From the IMG/VR virus record IMGVR_UViG_3300011269_000001: 64,000 nucleotides of DNA, one strand, 5' to 3'. Shown here one piece after another: positions 1 to 9,072 of the stretch. How positions within the stretch are numbered: the stretch's first letter is position 1; each line of letters starts with the position of its first letter. The position numbers and the translations under genes are program-made. The notes under the pieces were generated by a model that saw only the letters and a program-made list of their open reading frames with translations, had not been told where the DNA came from and made no database searches. Source of the stretch: a virus.

Positions 1-1
1 G

Positions 2-1927
2 GGAGATAGAAAGCATCGCGAAAATCGATATCTGCTGCAAGCAACAAGGCTTACCGGGAAGAAGGCTCCTGCAGCTGCTCAGGTCAAAGCTTATCTTCGG
101 GCTGCCAGAACCGGTGGTTCGATGCTTTACAACACGATGCCCGATGCGCCGACTCCTAGCCATTGGCGGACCATGGGTGGTTTTGTCAACCCTGAGACGA
201 ATTTGAATTTACACGGTAATGTCGGTCACGAATCTCAACACAGCGTCTACGGACAGCTTTCTCAGAACATTGGCCAAAAGGGAATGCGGGAAGTAGTTGA
301 CCGGACCATTGGTTCCTTGGATGAAAAGCATCGCCAGGCCCTGGATAAAATCATGGCCACAAAGCGCTATGCGTATACCCCGGAGCAAGCGCCCGAGGAA
401 AACCTGGCCTACGTCCATAACTACCTTCAGGACCCGGTGATGCGGGCGGGGGTTCATCGGCATCATGGCCTGAATGAGCAAGAAGGTCGGGAGTTGGTAC
501 AAGACGTCCGTCGGGCCTGGCAGCAGATGCAACGGTACGCCCAGACTCTGAAGCCCAAAGATATCGGGCCTCACATCTGGGCCGACCCCAAGCTCAACAA
601 GACCGAAGAGCTTCGCGACTGGGCCAAGCATCACGGTGCCGACCTGACCAAGCGCAGCGAGGTCCTGCTTCGAGACCCTTCGCGTGGCAAGCCCGAAGAG
701 AAGGAAGACCTTGCCCAGGACCTGATGGGATTCAGCGAACATGCTGACGCCGTCATGGCCGCAGCAAAATTCCTATCCGGAGGCAAAGAAATCAACGAGG
801 AAGAATTCCGTCGTTATCTCTGGGTTCACGACAACGATATCGAGGCCGCTGCTCTGGCAGCCTATGGCTTGGAAATCAACGAAGCCAACCTGAAGGCTCT
901 GAAGGGTTTGCTGGAGATTCGTGACCTCGGGAAGAAGGAAAAGATTTGGGACTACGACCCGCACGTGGTCGCCGCGGTCCCTGAAGGCGAGAAAACGGCC
1001 CGTGAGGTTGAAGCAGCTCTCCGTGCCGGCAACGTGAAGCAACTTGAACTCAAGGGCAAGCACAGTAAAGGCGCCCTTATGGTTTGGGCTCCACATGGTG
1101 GCGATACCTATCTTCTGAAGCCCGGGTCCGGTAAGCCGAGTCCGGCAAAGGGGGTCAAGGAAGAACGCGCCAGCCAGTCCCAGCGCGAGGCAGCATTCGC
1201 CCACGTGGCCCGGAATTGGGACCTGGAACAGTATCTTCCCAGTGCCGACCTGATTATCGTCGAAGACAAAAAGGACGGCCAGAAGGTAATCAAAGAATAC
1301 GCAGCCATCAAATTCCTGGGCATCGGCTGGAAAAATCTTGACAAGACCCGGAGTAAGACCCCGAACCTGGGTCGCATGGCCATGACCAAGTACCTCCGGA
1401 ACGGGAGTCTGCACAAGTGGGCTGTTCTCGACTGGGTGCTCGGGAATCCGGACCGCCACAGCCAGAATCTGATGATTTCTAACGAGGAAATGGGTAGCCG
1501 GTTGATGCTCATTGACCACGGCTCCGCGTTTGCCGGACAGAGCTTCGACCCCGTCCACGACGAGAGTAGCTTCACACCCTATTACCTTCGGATTTGGAAT
1601 TCGGACTCACGTAAGAATTTCAACCTCCTGAATCCAGAAGAGCGTTTCAAGGTCATGCCCCGGACCAATCACTTCAGCGAAGACCTCCTGAGGGTTTGGT
1701 TGCAGGGTATCAACGAGCATGAACTGGAATCAACACTGCTGCGCTATGGCCTGAACCCCGATGCTGAAGTTGGGCGCCTGCAGTTGGTCAAGACCTTGGC
1801 TCTCTCAATGCCGGTTGATGAAGCCATCAATCAGATTTGGTCCGGGATGTACGGTGACCCGACTCACCAGGCCACGGCAGAGGAATTGACCGGACAAGCC
1901 GAACCGGTGGAGAACTTGGTTCGCTAG
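2..1927 (+). CDS. Large putative virion-associated multidomain protein, 5'-truncated; HExxH motif plus C-terminal PI3/PI4-kinase/HipA-like atypical kinase domain
   Basis: Frame is open from base 2, upstream of the ATG at 122. GHESQH zincin-like motif. Kinase motifs YLLKP, QREAAF, LDWVLGNPDRHSQNLMI (catalytic loop) and LIDHGSAF (DFG equivalent). Confidence 0.7.
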   Translation, partial: GDRKHRENRYLLQATRLTGKKAPAAAQVKAYLRAARTGGSMLYNTMPDAPTPSHWRTMGGFVNPETNLNLHGNVGHESQHSVYGQLSQNIGQKGMREVVDRTIGSLDEKHRQALDKIMATKRYAYTPEQAPEENLAYVHNYLQDPVMRAGVHRHHGLNEQEGRELVQDVRRAWQQMQRYAQTLKPKDIGPHIWADPKLNKTEELRDWAKHHGADLTKRSEVLLRDPSRGKPEEKEDLAQDLMGFSEHADAVMAAAKFLSGGKEINEEEFRRYLWVHDNDIEAAALAAYGLEINEANLKALKGLLEIRDLGKKEKIWDYDPHVVAAVPEGEKTAREVEAALRAGNVKQLELKGKHSKGALMVWAPHGGDTYLLKPGSGKPSPAKGVKEERASQSQREAAFAHVARNWDLEQYLPSADLIIVEDKKDGQKVIKEYAAIKFLGIGWKNLDKTRSKTPNLGRMAMTKYLRNGSLHKWAVLDWVLGNPDRHSQNLMISNEEMGSRLMLIDHGSAFAGQSFDPVHDESSFTPYYLRIWNSDSRKNFNLLNPEERFKVMPRTNHFSEDLLRVWLQGINEHELESTLLRYGLNPDAEVGRLQLVKTLALSMPVDEAINQIWSGMYGDPTHQATAEELTGQAEPVENLVR

Positions 1928-2205
1928 TAGCCGTCGTCTGGACCCAAGTCGCCAGTGAATACACGGCACTTGAGGCAAGCCGGCATTTCGCCCTCGTACG
2001 GGTCAAACTTGGTTGCTTCGATTATCTGAACCTTGGTTACCGGCTTCGGGTTGCACTTGCAATCCCAGGGTTCGTTCCGGGTGTTGTCTCGAAACTCCGC
2101 TCGGTCCTTGAAAATCTCCGGATGCCAGGTATCCGAGACGTGCGCGTAGACTCCGAAGCCAACCAACTGACCTTCGTGGAAGACGTTAAAGTAAGTCCGA
2201 CTCAT
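1924..2205 (-). CDS. Hypothetical protein with Cys pairs
   Basis: ATG at 2205 overlaps the stop of the upstream gene (ATGA). CKC and CLKC motifs. Confidence 0.5.
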   Translation of the reverse strand: MSRTYFNVFHEGQLVGFGVYAHVSDTWHPEIFKDRAEFRDNTRNEPWDCKCNPKPVTKVQIIEATKFDPYEGEMPACLKCRVFTGDLGPDDGY

Positions 2206-2582
2206 GGTCGTGGGTGCGGCTTTACGAACTGGCATTTGCCGTTGTGATTTTCGTCCAGGCTGCAGACCAGAGCGTTCCACTGACCGCAGTACTCGCAGTT
2301 CTTGGTCTGCAGGCAGGAACCGACAGCATGACCATACTCATCGTAGACGGCCAGCTTGTGACCCTGGTGATTGGCGAAGAATTGGAGCTTGTTGCGGTCT
2401 ATTTCGAGGATTTCCCGGCCGTCATCGTCTATCTTGGCAAGCGCAGCTAGGGTATCGGCGTTCTTAATCAGGTCCTGAAGCCCCGGGACATCGTAGTAAG
2501 AGGAGTCGTGATTGTTGATGTACCGGAAGGAGCCATCTTCCAGGTCGCAGGTCAGGCAACGGATATCGTATTTTGTGCTCAC
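2202..2582 (-). CDS. Hypothetical protein, putative zinc-binding (CxxC)
   Basis: CLTC and CEYC; translationally coupled to both neighbours. Confidence 0.55.
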   Translation of the reverse strand: MSTKYDIRCLTCDLEDGSFRYINNHDSSYYDVPGLQDLIKNADTLAALAKIDDDGREILEIDRNKLQFFANHQGHKLAVYDEYGHAVGSCLQTKNCEYCGQWNALVCSLDENHNGKCQFVKPHPRP

Positions 2583-3253
2583 TTGGGAAAGTCTTTCGTC
2601 TTGAGTTTGGTTATGAGACGATGCCCCTTCTTATCGAAGAGAGTCTCTAATGGACGCCCCACCAACCCCTCTGCCATTTGCTTTGAATCGACGGCGCACT
2701 TCGACTTGAAGCCGTTCCAGACCATCACGGTCGCATCTTCCAGCGTCATCTCACCAAACGATGGCACGACGTCCAGACCCAGCTTTGCCGCAACATCGCA
2801 AACGTTTTCGTAGTTGAGCCACCACTTGCCGTCCACGAGCACGTCAAAGACAATCAGCTTCTTGGTAGTTGAGTACCCGCCACCTTTTTGAATTCCTGCT
2901 CCGTATCCTTCGCCGTAAATGACTACGTCGATATCCTTGAGTCCGGTGTACTCAAAGCCTCCACCTTCGCGGTCCCATTCGTCTGGAGGAAATGCAACTC
3001 GGACTTTTTCTGGCGTCACATTCTCGTAGAGCCACTTTACGAGGTCTGCGTGTATCTGTGCGTTGTCAGTCTTGCCGCCGAAGCTCAGCTTTCCATCTTT
3101 CCAGATGCAACGGATATTGGTACCGTCTATCTTCTCGGTCCAATGCCACGTTTTTAGCAACGAATAGGTTCGGTTCTTCAGCTCGCCCACACGAACCTTG
3201 AACGTCTTTTCATCCCGTTCGTAAAGCGTTTCTATCTTGTGATACTCGCTCAT
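2579..3253 (-). CDS. ATP-dependent RNA ligase (Rnl2-like nucleotidyltransferase domain)
   Basis: Motif I TEKIDGTN, III YGEGYG, IIIa VFDV, IV EGLV, V KLK. Start placed at MSEYHKIETL (ATG 3253). Confidence 0.85.
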   Translation of the reverse strand: MSEYHKIETLYERDEKTFKVRVGELKNRTYSLLKTWHWTEKIDGTNIRCIWKDGKLSFGGKTDNAQIHADLVKWLYENVTPEKVRVAFPPDEWDREGGGFEYTGLKDIDVVIYGEGYGAGIQKGGGYSTTKKLIVFDVLVDGKWWLNYENVCDVAAKLGLDVVPSFGEMTLEDATVMVWNGFKSKCAVDSKQMAEGLVGRPLETLFDKKGHRLITKLKTKDFPK

Positions 3254-3275
3254 TTGCGCTCCGAACCTTGTTGTT

Positions 3276-3683
3276 TCATTTTGCCCTACTATGGGCTCGG
3301 TGATACTTGCGGTTCTTTTCCCGGGCCTGCTCTCGATGCGAATAGCACCACACGGTTCTATCAACCGTTGGCGAGACGACACCTATCGGGCACATGACGC
3401 AGAGACCGTCGCGCTTGCGGGCGTGGTACTTGTTGTAACTCCACTCCCAACAATATTTCCGATTTTTGATAGTATGAGGCATGCACCGCTGTTGACCGGG
3501 GATATGTCTTTGGTCACAGCTGTGGCAGAGACCTTGGTGATAGCGGCTCTTGGACCACCGGCGCCAGCGGAATCTTGCCTTGAGCAAGTGCTTGCTGCAG
3601 ATGCTATAGCCGTTCAGCTTGTCTGCGGAACACTGCGGACACTTCACTTTGGCTTTGAAGGCCTTGATGAAAATAGGACTCAT
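3276..3683 (-). CDS. Cys/His-rich basic hypothetical protein with repeated CxxC...CxxH units
   Basis: Three CxxC...CxxH repeats; ATG at 3683 is coupled to the upstream stop. Confidence 0.5.
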   Translation of the reverse strand: MSPIFIKAFKAKVKCPQCSADKLNGYSICSKHLLKARFRWRRWSKSRYHQGLCHSCDQRHIPGQQRCMPHTIKNRKYCWEWSYNKYHARKRDGLCVMCPIGVVSPTVDRTVWCYSHREQAREKNRKYHRAHSRAK

Positions 3684-3901
3684 GATGCAATCTTCCTTCC
3701 CGGGACATCTTCTCCGCTGTGCGCGCCGAGGATATCTACCCAACTAGGGCTTATGATTTCTCCACCCAGGCGAGCCGGCGTGCTGTGCACGAAAACGTCA
3801 ACGCGGATGTCGTCGTGAACGATGTCGACGATGTAGACCTTTTTGTCATTCAAGGTCTCTGGGATTCGGGCAATCCGCTCTTTCAATTCTCCGACGGTCA
3901 T
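3680..3901 (-). CDS. Small hypothetical phage protein (MTVGELKE type)
   Basis: Typical short phage ORF N-terminus; operon position. Confidence 0.5.
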   Translation of the reverse strand: MTVGELKERIARIPETLNDKKVYIVDIVHDDIRVDVFVHSTPARLGGEIISPSWVDILGAHSGEDVPGRKIAS

Positions 3902-3905
3902 AGAG

Positions 3906-4556
3906 TCAATCCACCTTGTATTCTTCGTCCGGACCCAGGCCTAGGTACTCACGCCAGTAGACCCAGCGGTCTTCTTTAATGAAACCCCAGTGACGGAAAT
4001 GCGGTCCGGTAATAACCAAGGTCCAAGCCGGGGTTGGTGGACCAGACACAAAGGAACCGTTGGCGTCCCAACCGTAGTCCTTCGAGAACAGAATCACCCG
4101 ATGAATGTGGCTAGCTGGTCTGCGGACAATCTCTCCCGGAAAGACCGGGGTGCCTTCCTTCTGGTACCGATTACCTGGACCGCCGTCAACGCTTGGGGGC
4201 ACGAAGCCCCATTCTTGGTCAAAGTAGCCGCCGCGGAGGATGATGCTGGTGAAATCGAACGGATGGTCGTGCGGGTCCGGGTCGTCGTCGCTGCGGAGAA
4301 TGTGATGCAGGTAGATACTGTGGCCGGAACTGGTATTAAAGTGGAATCTCTTTTCCGGACTGACTGCCAAAGCGTGGCGGTTGCGCCAGAGGAAGAAGCG
4401 CCGCAGGTAGACAACCTTCTCCCCGTTCACGACTTTGGTGATTTCGAAGTACGGGAGCAGGGCCATCAGCACCCGCTCTATTCCAAGCTGGAGAATGAGG
4501 ATGGTCAGGAAGGCCGCCACCCCCACGAGACTAAGAATTATCCAGAGCAGAATCAT
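3906..4556 (-). CDS. Membrane-anchored cupin-fold protein
   Basis: N-terminal hydrophobic helix; YLHHILRSDDDPDPHDHPFDFTSIILRGGY and HIHRV...WTLVITG cupin-like His motifs. Confidence 0.6.
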   Translation of the reverse strand: MILLWIILSLVGVAAFLTILILQLGIERVLMALLPYFEITKVVNGEKVVYLRRFFLWRNRHALAVSPEKRFHFNTSSGHSIYLHHILRSDDDPDPHDHPFDFTSIILRGGYFDQEWGFVPPSVDGGPGNRYQKEGTPVFPGEIVRRPASHIHRVILFSKDYGWDANGSFVSGPPTPAWTLVITGPHFRHWGFIKEDRWVYWREYLGLGPDEEYKVD

Positions 4557-4559
4557 GGT

Positions 4560-5000
4560 TCATTCACATTTCGGACAGAAGTTGGCGTCGCCGCCCAAGA
4601 GGCCAACGTATATTTTGGTTGGACCACCGCAGACCGTGCAAACCTTGGATTTGGCGTTTGCCGGGATGACTTTTTTGGCAGGGGCTGAAGTCGACGGTAG
4701 GGTGGATGATGCTGCTGGAGCACTGCTGTAGAGTCGGCCCGCGCCGCCGGGGAGCGGCGGCAATACATTCTGGGTTCCTTGGAACTCAGTGATAGCAAAG
4801 ACCGCGTCGACATCGTACTTGTACTTTTTGATTTCCGACCAGGTATTGTTTTTTAGGATGCGGTATTGGAGTTCAACTTGGGCGTTGGTCAAGCCAGGAT
4901 TTCCGGGCAGAAGAGTCAACGAGACAATATAGAGAACCTCGTTCCTCTTGTTGGTGTAATAGTACCCGGTCTTGATGTCTTTGGCTGTCAGCGTGGCCAT
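4560..5000 (-). CDS. Hypothetical protein with C-terminal zinc ribbon
   Basis: CTVC...CPKC at the C-terminus. Confidence 0.55.
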   Translation of the reverse strand: MATLTAKDIKTGYYYTNKRNEVLYIVSLTLLPGNPGLTNAQVELQYRILKNNTWSEIKKYKYDVDAVFAITEFQGTQNVLPPLPGGAGRLYSSAPAASSTLPSTSAPAKKVIPANAKSKVCTVCGGPTKIYVGLLGGDANFCPKCE

Positions 5001-5001
5001 T

Positions 5002-5445
5002 TTAGTGTCCAGGCTTCAGCAAGAAGCTTGCCAACTTGTCCACCAGATTCTCGTTCTTGGTAACCAGGAATTCGATGCGTTCCCGGAGTTTTTTATTCTC
5101 TTCCAAGGAGGCTTCGTACCTGGCCTTGTAGCTGTTCCCGACCTTTGCTTTGATGGGGCGATTGGGAATCCGATATGCCGTGTTCTTGGCGTTGGTCTCG
5201 GCATTGAGGACTTGGTCGCTGTCGTCCAGCCGACCAGCCTTGGCTAATTCACTCAGGGCACGGTAGATGGGCTGGGCTCGGCGCTTGCCCTCGGTGACGC
5301 TGACTAGGTCGCTGCCATAGAAGTAGACGATAACATCTTCTGCAGTCCCGCAACCGCCCATCCGATGAAGGGCCTCGTAGACGTCATCGTTGCTGACGCT
5401 GAACGGATTCTTGGTCGCGTAGGTGGTTTTCGAAGCATCGGTCAT
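5002..5445 (-). CDS. Hypothetical protein, possible winged-HTH plus coiled coil
   Basis: IYRALSELAKAGRL helix pattern and C-terminal heptads. Confidence 0.45.
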   Translation of the reverse strand: MTDASKTTYATKNPFSVSNDDVYEALHRMGGCGTAEDVIVYFYGSDLVSVTEGKRRAQPIYRALSELAKAGRLDDSDQVLNAETNAKNTAYRIPNRPIKAKVGNSYKARYEASLEENKKLRERIEFLVTKNENLVDKLASFLLKPGH

Positions 5446-5786
5446 GCTTTCCTCAATGGCTGGATGCGGTGGTCACAGTTTTGGTATGGGCTCAGACCAA
5501 TGCTGTTGATGAGAACCTTGGTAAGAACATTGCCGGTCTTGCCAAAGGTGCGTCCACCAATGGCCGGGGTCCACGTTCCCTCGGGGAGGTCTCCATCGAT
5601 ATCGATTTCAGCGTCGACACCGCCTTCGACTTTCTTCAGGGTCGCGGAACCGATTTTCTTCTGGGGGTCGAAACCCAGCGTGACCCATACTGGGCCATCT
5701 TCCAATTCCACTCCCGCGGGGTCGAAGGTTTCGCCCTGGCTGTCGGGCACTTCATCAAGGTTTAGGACTCGGACTGTGAATTTCAT
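5442..5786 (-). CDS. Hypothetical protein (weak resemblance to the HK97-type prohead protease fold)
   Basis: DSQGETF, PV..GFD...IG and SIGL..P pattern; catalytic His not evident. Confidence 0.35.
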   Translation of the reverse strand: MKFTVRVLNLDEVPDSQGETFDPAGVELEDGPVWVTLGFDPQKKIGSATLKKVEGGVDAEIDIDGDLPEGTWTPAIGGRTFGKTGNVLTKVLINSIGLSPYQNCDHRIQPLRKA

Positions 5787-6097
5787 GTGATGGGCTTCTC
5801 CCCTTTGGCGATGCGGTATCGGTCAGTCATGGCCTTGGCGTCCTTGAGGTCTTTTCCGGTGCGGCTGCGCAACATCCGGATAGCGTCGATGACCCGACCA
5901 TCGTCGACAAGCCCCCGTTCGACCTCACTGAGGGTATAATCGCAGCGGGCTACCATGGCCATGATTCGATTCCGGGCCTCGGCAAGAAAGGTCACATCTT
6001 CGGGGCTACCTTCGAACGCGGCCCAGCCCAAGGTATCGATAACCAAGTCGCGGAGCTTCAGTACCGACTCTTCGTATTTTTCTCGTGTCTCGCTCAT
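5783..6097 (-). CDS. Protein with ribosomal bL12 (L7/L12) C-terminal-like domain
   Basis: GRVIDAIRMLRSRTGKDLKDAKAMTD matches the bL12-CTD pattern K(I/V)xxIKxxRxxTGLGLKEAKxxV(D/E). Confidence 0.65.
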   Translation of the reverse strand: MSETREKYEESVLKLRDLVIDTLGWAAFEGSPEDVTFLAEARNRIMAMVARCDYTLSEVERGLVDDGRVIDAIRMLRSRTGKDLKDAKAMTDRYRIAKGEKPIT

Positions 6098-6396
6098 GTG
6101 TTCATCCTCAGGTAATCTCGCACGGCCTCGGCGCCTTCGGTCTTGACTTGTCCCTGGCGGAAAACTTCTTCATCAGCTCTGCGAGCATACTCCGGTATGA
6201 TGCGGGTGTCAACCGGAGTCAGTGGCTTGGGGGCATGAGCTAGGACCAGGTCCCGGAGTTTTACCCAGGCGGTATCTTCCGCGGTCACAGCTGATTCATA
6301 CGCCCGCGAGCCTCCGAATCGATAGAGGATTTGAGCCTCGATGAGAAGGTCTCGGATGGAATCCAATTCCTTGAGTGCGGCGCCGGTTGGAGTCAT
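6094..6396 (-). CDS. Hypothetical protein
   Basis: Coupled to the downstream gene; start uncertain (ATG 6396 or GTG 6489). Confidence 0.4.
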   Translation of the reverse strand: MTPTGAALKELDSIRDLLIEAQILYRFGGSRAYESAVTAEDTAWVKLRDLVLAHAPKPLTPVDTRIIPEYARRADEEVFRQGQVKTEGAEAVRDYLRMNT

Positions 6397-6767
6397 GACA
6401 GACCAGCCTGCAACTTGTTCAGGAACGCCTGGGCCTCGTGTTCTTGGTCGAAGAACCCGACGTAGTAAATACCCTTCAACACGAACCACTGACCTCTGGC
6501 TGTTTTTTTCAACGTGTACATTCAGTCCTCAACACCGGTTAGACTACGTAAGTGCCGGCCAGCACTGTATTTTCCTGATGGCGAGCTGTACAATCCGTAG
6601 CCGAACGATTCCTGACTCGGTACCCCAGTGCCCCGCTGAAGCCGGCGGTGAAAATGTTAAAGGTCGCTGTTAATTCAGTTCCCGGGGGCTGTCAACCCCC
6701 TGCGGCTTTCGCCTGGGTAATAGTCTCCTCGCAGAAACTCCGACCTCCGAAAACGATGTCAAAAATA

Positions 6768-6911
6768 TGGGTGGACACTGGCAGGAATCGAACCCGCTCC
6801 AGCCCTGTAGGGGCTAAGGCTCCAGGCCTTGAACGATGACGTCAACCCGTCCGGAAAGACCTTAAAGACAGGGTCTGCAGTTTTCTCATTCTGCTTCACC
6901 CTGTGCGTCCA
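6768..6911 (-). ncRNA. tRNA-like structured RNA (T-arm plus acceptor-like 3' end); possibly the acceptor piece of a permuted tmRNA
   Basis: Minus strand GCGGG-TTCGATT-CCTGC T-arm followed by CAGTGTCC-A-CCCA; three further hairpins; no canonical anticodon arm; own promoter just upstream. Confidence 0.55.
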
Positions 6912-6930
6912 GTCCTCAGTTCCGAGACCC

Positions 6931-6959
6931 CTTTTAGCAGGCAAAAATAAAGAAGTCAA
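6931..6959 (-). promoter_or_regulatory. Sigma70-like promoter for the tRNA-like RNA
   Basis: TTGACT-17 nt-TAAAAG with TG extension on the minus strand. Confidence 0.5.
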
Positions 6960-6968
6960 GCGCGGCGG

Positions 6969-6975
6969 CAATCTT
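6969..6975 (+). promoter_or_regulatory. Putative late-promoter motif CAATCTT
   Basis: Recurs upstream of + strand virion genes (also 8190, 13077, 16578, 17606, 18994, 37353, 50498, 52312, 57617, 60177). Confidence 0.55.
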
Positions 6976-7019
6976 CTTCTTTGCGAGAACCTGGTCTATC
7001 CTGTACGGGGGAGTAGCAG

Positions 7020-7337
7020 ATGATTGAAATCGACGAACGCCAGCTTGACGGGAAACCGAAGAAAGTCGGGACCCTGCATGGGAAACCTGTACTACTTTTT
7101 CGCACCAAGGGCGGTTTCTACATGAATGTCATCATGAAGAACGGTGCCCCGGAGTGGATTGGGACCGGACCTCACGCGGCTGTTTGCCGTTACGTCAGCA
7201 AGCTCCGTGAACCCGAAGTGGTCTGGACCGAGTTGTCGAAGTCTGATTGGGTCGACCCAGCGCATTTTACCGAAATGATTCCCAAGTATCAGGAACTGAC
7301 AGACCGCTGCAACGAGCTGTATCAGCTCAACAAGTAG
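7020..7337 (+). CDS. Hypothetical protein in virion island
   Basis: GGGGAG RBS; first gene after CAATCTT. Confidence 0.6.
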   Translation: MIEIDERQLDGKPKKVGTLHGKPVLLFRTKGGFYMNVIMKNGAPEWIGTGPHAAVCRYVSKLREPEVVWTELSKSDWVDPAHFTEMIPKYQELTDRCNELYQLNK

Positions 7338-7345
7338 GTCCCGCC

Positions 7346-8182
7346 GTGGCCAGACAAAGACCGTTTCAGATTCAAACGGAGATTCCGTCTGAGGCACTTC
7401 TGTTTGATGCTGATGCTTTCGACACTCAGATACGGTCGCAGGGCGTAAAGCTCGACCATTTCATCGCCATGCGGTGTCCGGTCGGGATGACAGACCTCGA
7501 CGATGACCGCCGACCTCATCACGACCACGTCAGCTGTAGCAACGGGTACCTGTACAAGAACGTTGGCACCATCACCTGCCTGCTGACCTCGAATCAGAAG
7601 ACCAGCCAGCAAGACGAAGTCGGTATCATGGACCACGCCACGTTCAACATGACGGCCCCGCGGACCTACGATGACCAGGAGAACAAGCTGGTCAATATCG
7701 CTCCTTTTGACAGATTCTTTATCCACGAGGACAATGTCGTGGTCATCTACTGGCAGCTGTTCCTTGCGCACCAGAGCGGCCAGGAACGGTTGAACTTCCC
7801 GGTTGTGGAGGTGATTCGGCTCGTGGACGCCAAAGGTCGTGAATATCTTTCCGGCTGTGACTTTGATATCATCCAGGGCCAGGTCGTCTGGAAAAGCCAG
7901 AACCGGCCTGGAGTTGACCCTGAGACCGGTCGGGGCCTGGTCTGCTCCATCCGCTACACCTACCGGCCGTTCTTCTACGTGGGCCCGATTCTCCACGACG
8001 TCCGGGTGGCAATGAACATCGACCAGCAGACCGGGGAATCAAAAATAATTCGTATGCCACAGTCAGCCCTGGTCCACCGTGAATTCGTGTTCTTGAATGA
8101 ACAACACGACCATGAGGCCAAAGACAGTACCAGCGCCCGGCAGATGTACGGGCCTGCCCAAGGTGGATTCGGTCCCAAGTAA
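7346..8182 (+). CDS. Putative neck / head-closure protein
   Basis: MRCPVG...CSNGY motif and YTYRPFFYV resemble neck proteins of SPO1/Twort-like myoviruses; GTG start at 7346 inferred. Confidence 0.5.
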   Translation: MARQRPFQIQTEIPSEALLFDADAFDTQIRSQGVKLDHFIAMRCPVGMTDLDDDRRPHHDHVSCSNGYLYKNVGTITCLLTSNQKTSQQDEVGIMDHATFNMTAPRTYDDQENKLVNIAPFDRFFIHEDNVVVIYWQLFLAHQSGQERLNFPVVEVIRLVDAKGREYLSGCDFDIIQGQVVWKSQNRPGVDPETGRGLVCSIRYTYRPFFYVGPILHDVRVAMNIDQQTGESKIIRMPQSALVHREFVFLNEQHDHEAKDSTSARQMYGPAQGGFGPK

Positions 8183-8202
8183 TTGGTGGCAATCTTCTTG
8201 GT

Positions 8203-9072
8203 GTGGACCCACGCCAACATCGCTTTCTGATAGCAACCCTCGGTTCTGATGGCGCTGCTGCCTTACTCAAGGCCGCGGAGCGTTCCCGGCCTCTTGGCAA
8301 TGCCATAATCCCCCGTGCTATCCTGGCTTGGCTTGGTCTCGCCGCCCGTTTTGAGCACGACGGGGAGCTGCCGGGCAACCCCGGAACCCATGTTATTTTC
8401 AGAAAATCTGAATCCGGGTTCAGCGGCACTATCAGGGTCAACGACGAAACCTATACCTTCCAGGACGCTAATCTCTACCGGGTAGCTGCAGGTATTGGAG
8501 TAGCTCTGGGAGCTGATTCTTCCCCTCTGAGCGAAGAGCTTCGAGACCTGGACCTGGTCAAGCTTGGCCGAACTCTTGATGCTCTCGTGGTGACCGGGGA
8601 ACTGAGGAAGACTCAGCTCCCAAAGACCGGACTGCGATTGGACCGAGCAGGAATTCTAACTGACTCAAAAATTTTAGCCACGGCTAATAGGGCAACTCGC
8701 AAGGCTGAACTTCCCGGCCAGACCGCGAAGCCCATCCAGCAACAGGGTCCGATTGCAGCCGAGGTCCCGAAAAAGCAGCCCAAGCAAGTCCAATCGAATC
8801 TCCCGAAGAAAGCCGGGGCCGTCAAGCTCCCGAAGACCCCTAGCCTCAAAGTTGGCAAATCCGAGGCCCGGCGACTCTGTGAGTTCTGCGACCGGCCGCA
8901 ATTTAAGGCCGACAAGTTCATCGGCTGCGCCTGTCTTCAGGACCTGGCCAAAAGTATCAACACCACGGCCTTTGGCGACGGATATGTTCTGGAGTTCAAG
9001 GGCCGGGAATGGGATGAGGATTCAGTGAGACTTCTCATTCAAACCTTGCGAGGAGAGTCCAGTGGCACGTAA
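8203..9072 (+). CDS. Hypothetical virion (head-internal?) protein
   Basis: GTG 6 nt after CAATCTT; several x-K-[AS] motifs; C-terminal CxxC...CxC. Confidence 0.6.
   Translation: MDPRQHRFLIATLGSDGAAALLKAAERSRPLGNAIIPRAILAWLGLAARFEHDGELPGNPGTHVIFRKSESGFSGTIRVNDETYTFQDANLYRVAAGIGVALGADSSPLSEELRDLDLVKLGRTLDALVVTGELRKTQLPKTGLRLDRAGILTDSKILATANRATRKAELPGQTAKPIQQQGPIAAEVPKKQPKQVQSNLPKKAGAVKLPKTPSLKVGKSEARRLCEFCDRPQFKADKFIGCACLQDLAKSINTTAFGDGYVLEFKGREWDEDSVRLLIQTLRGESSGT

Noticed and set aside
6771-6852. tRNA-Sec or tRNA-Pro reading of the tRNA-like element
   Set aside because: TTCAA is not within a paired anticodon stem, the alternative loop lacks U33, and the acceptor 5' strand pairs poorly.
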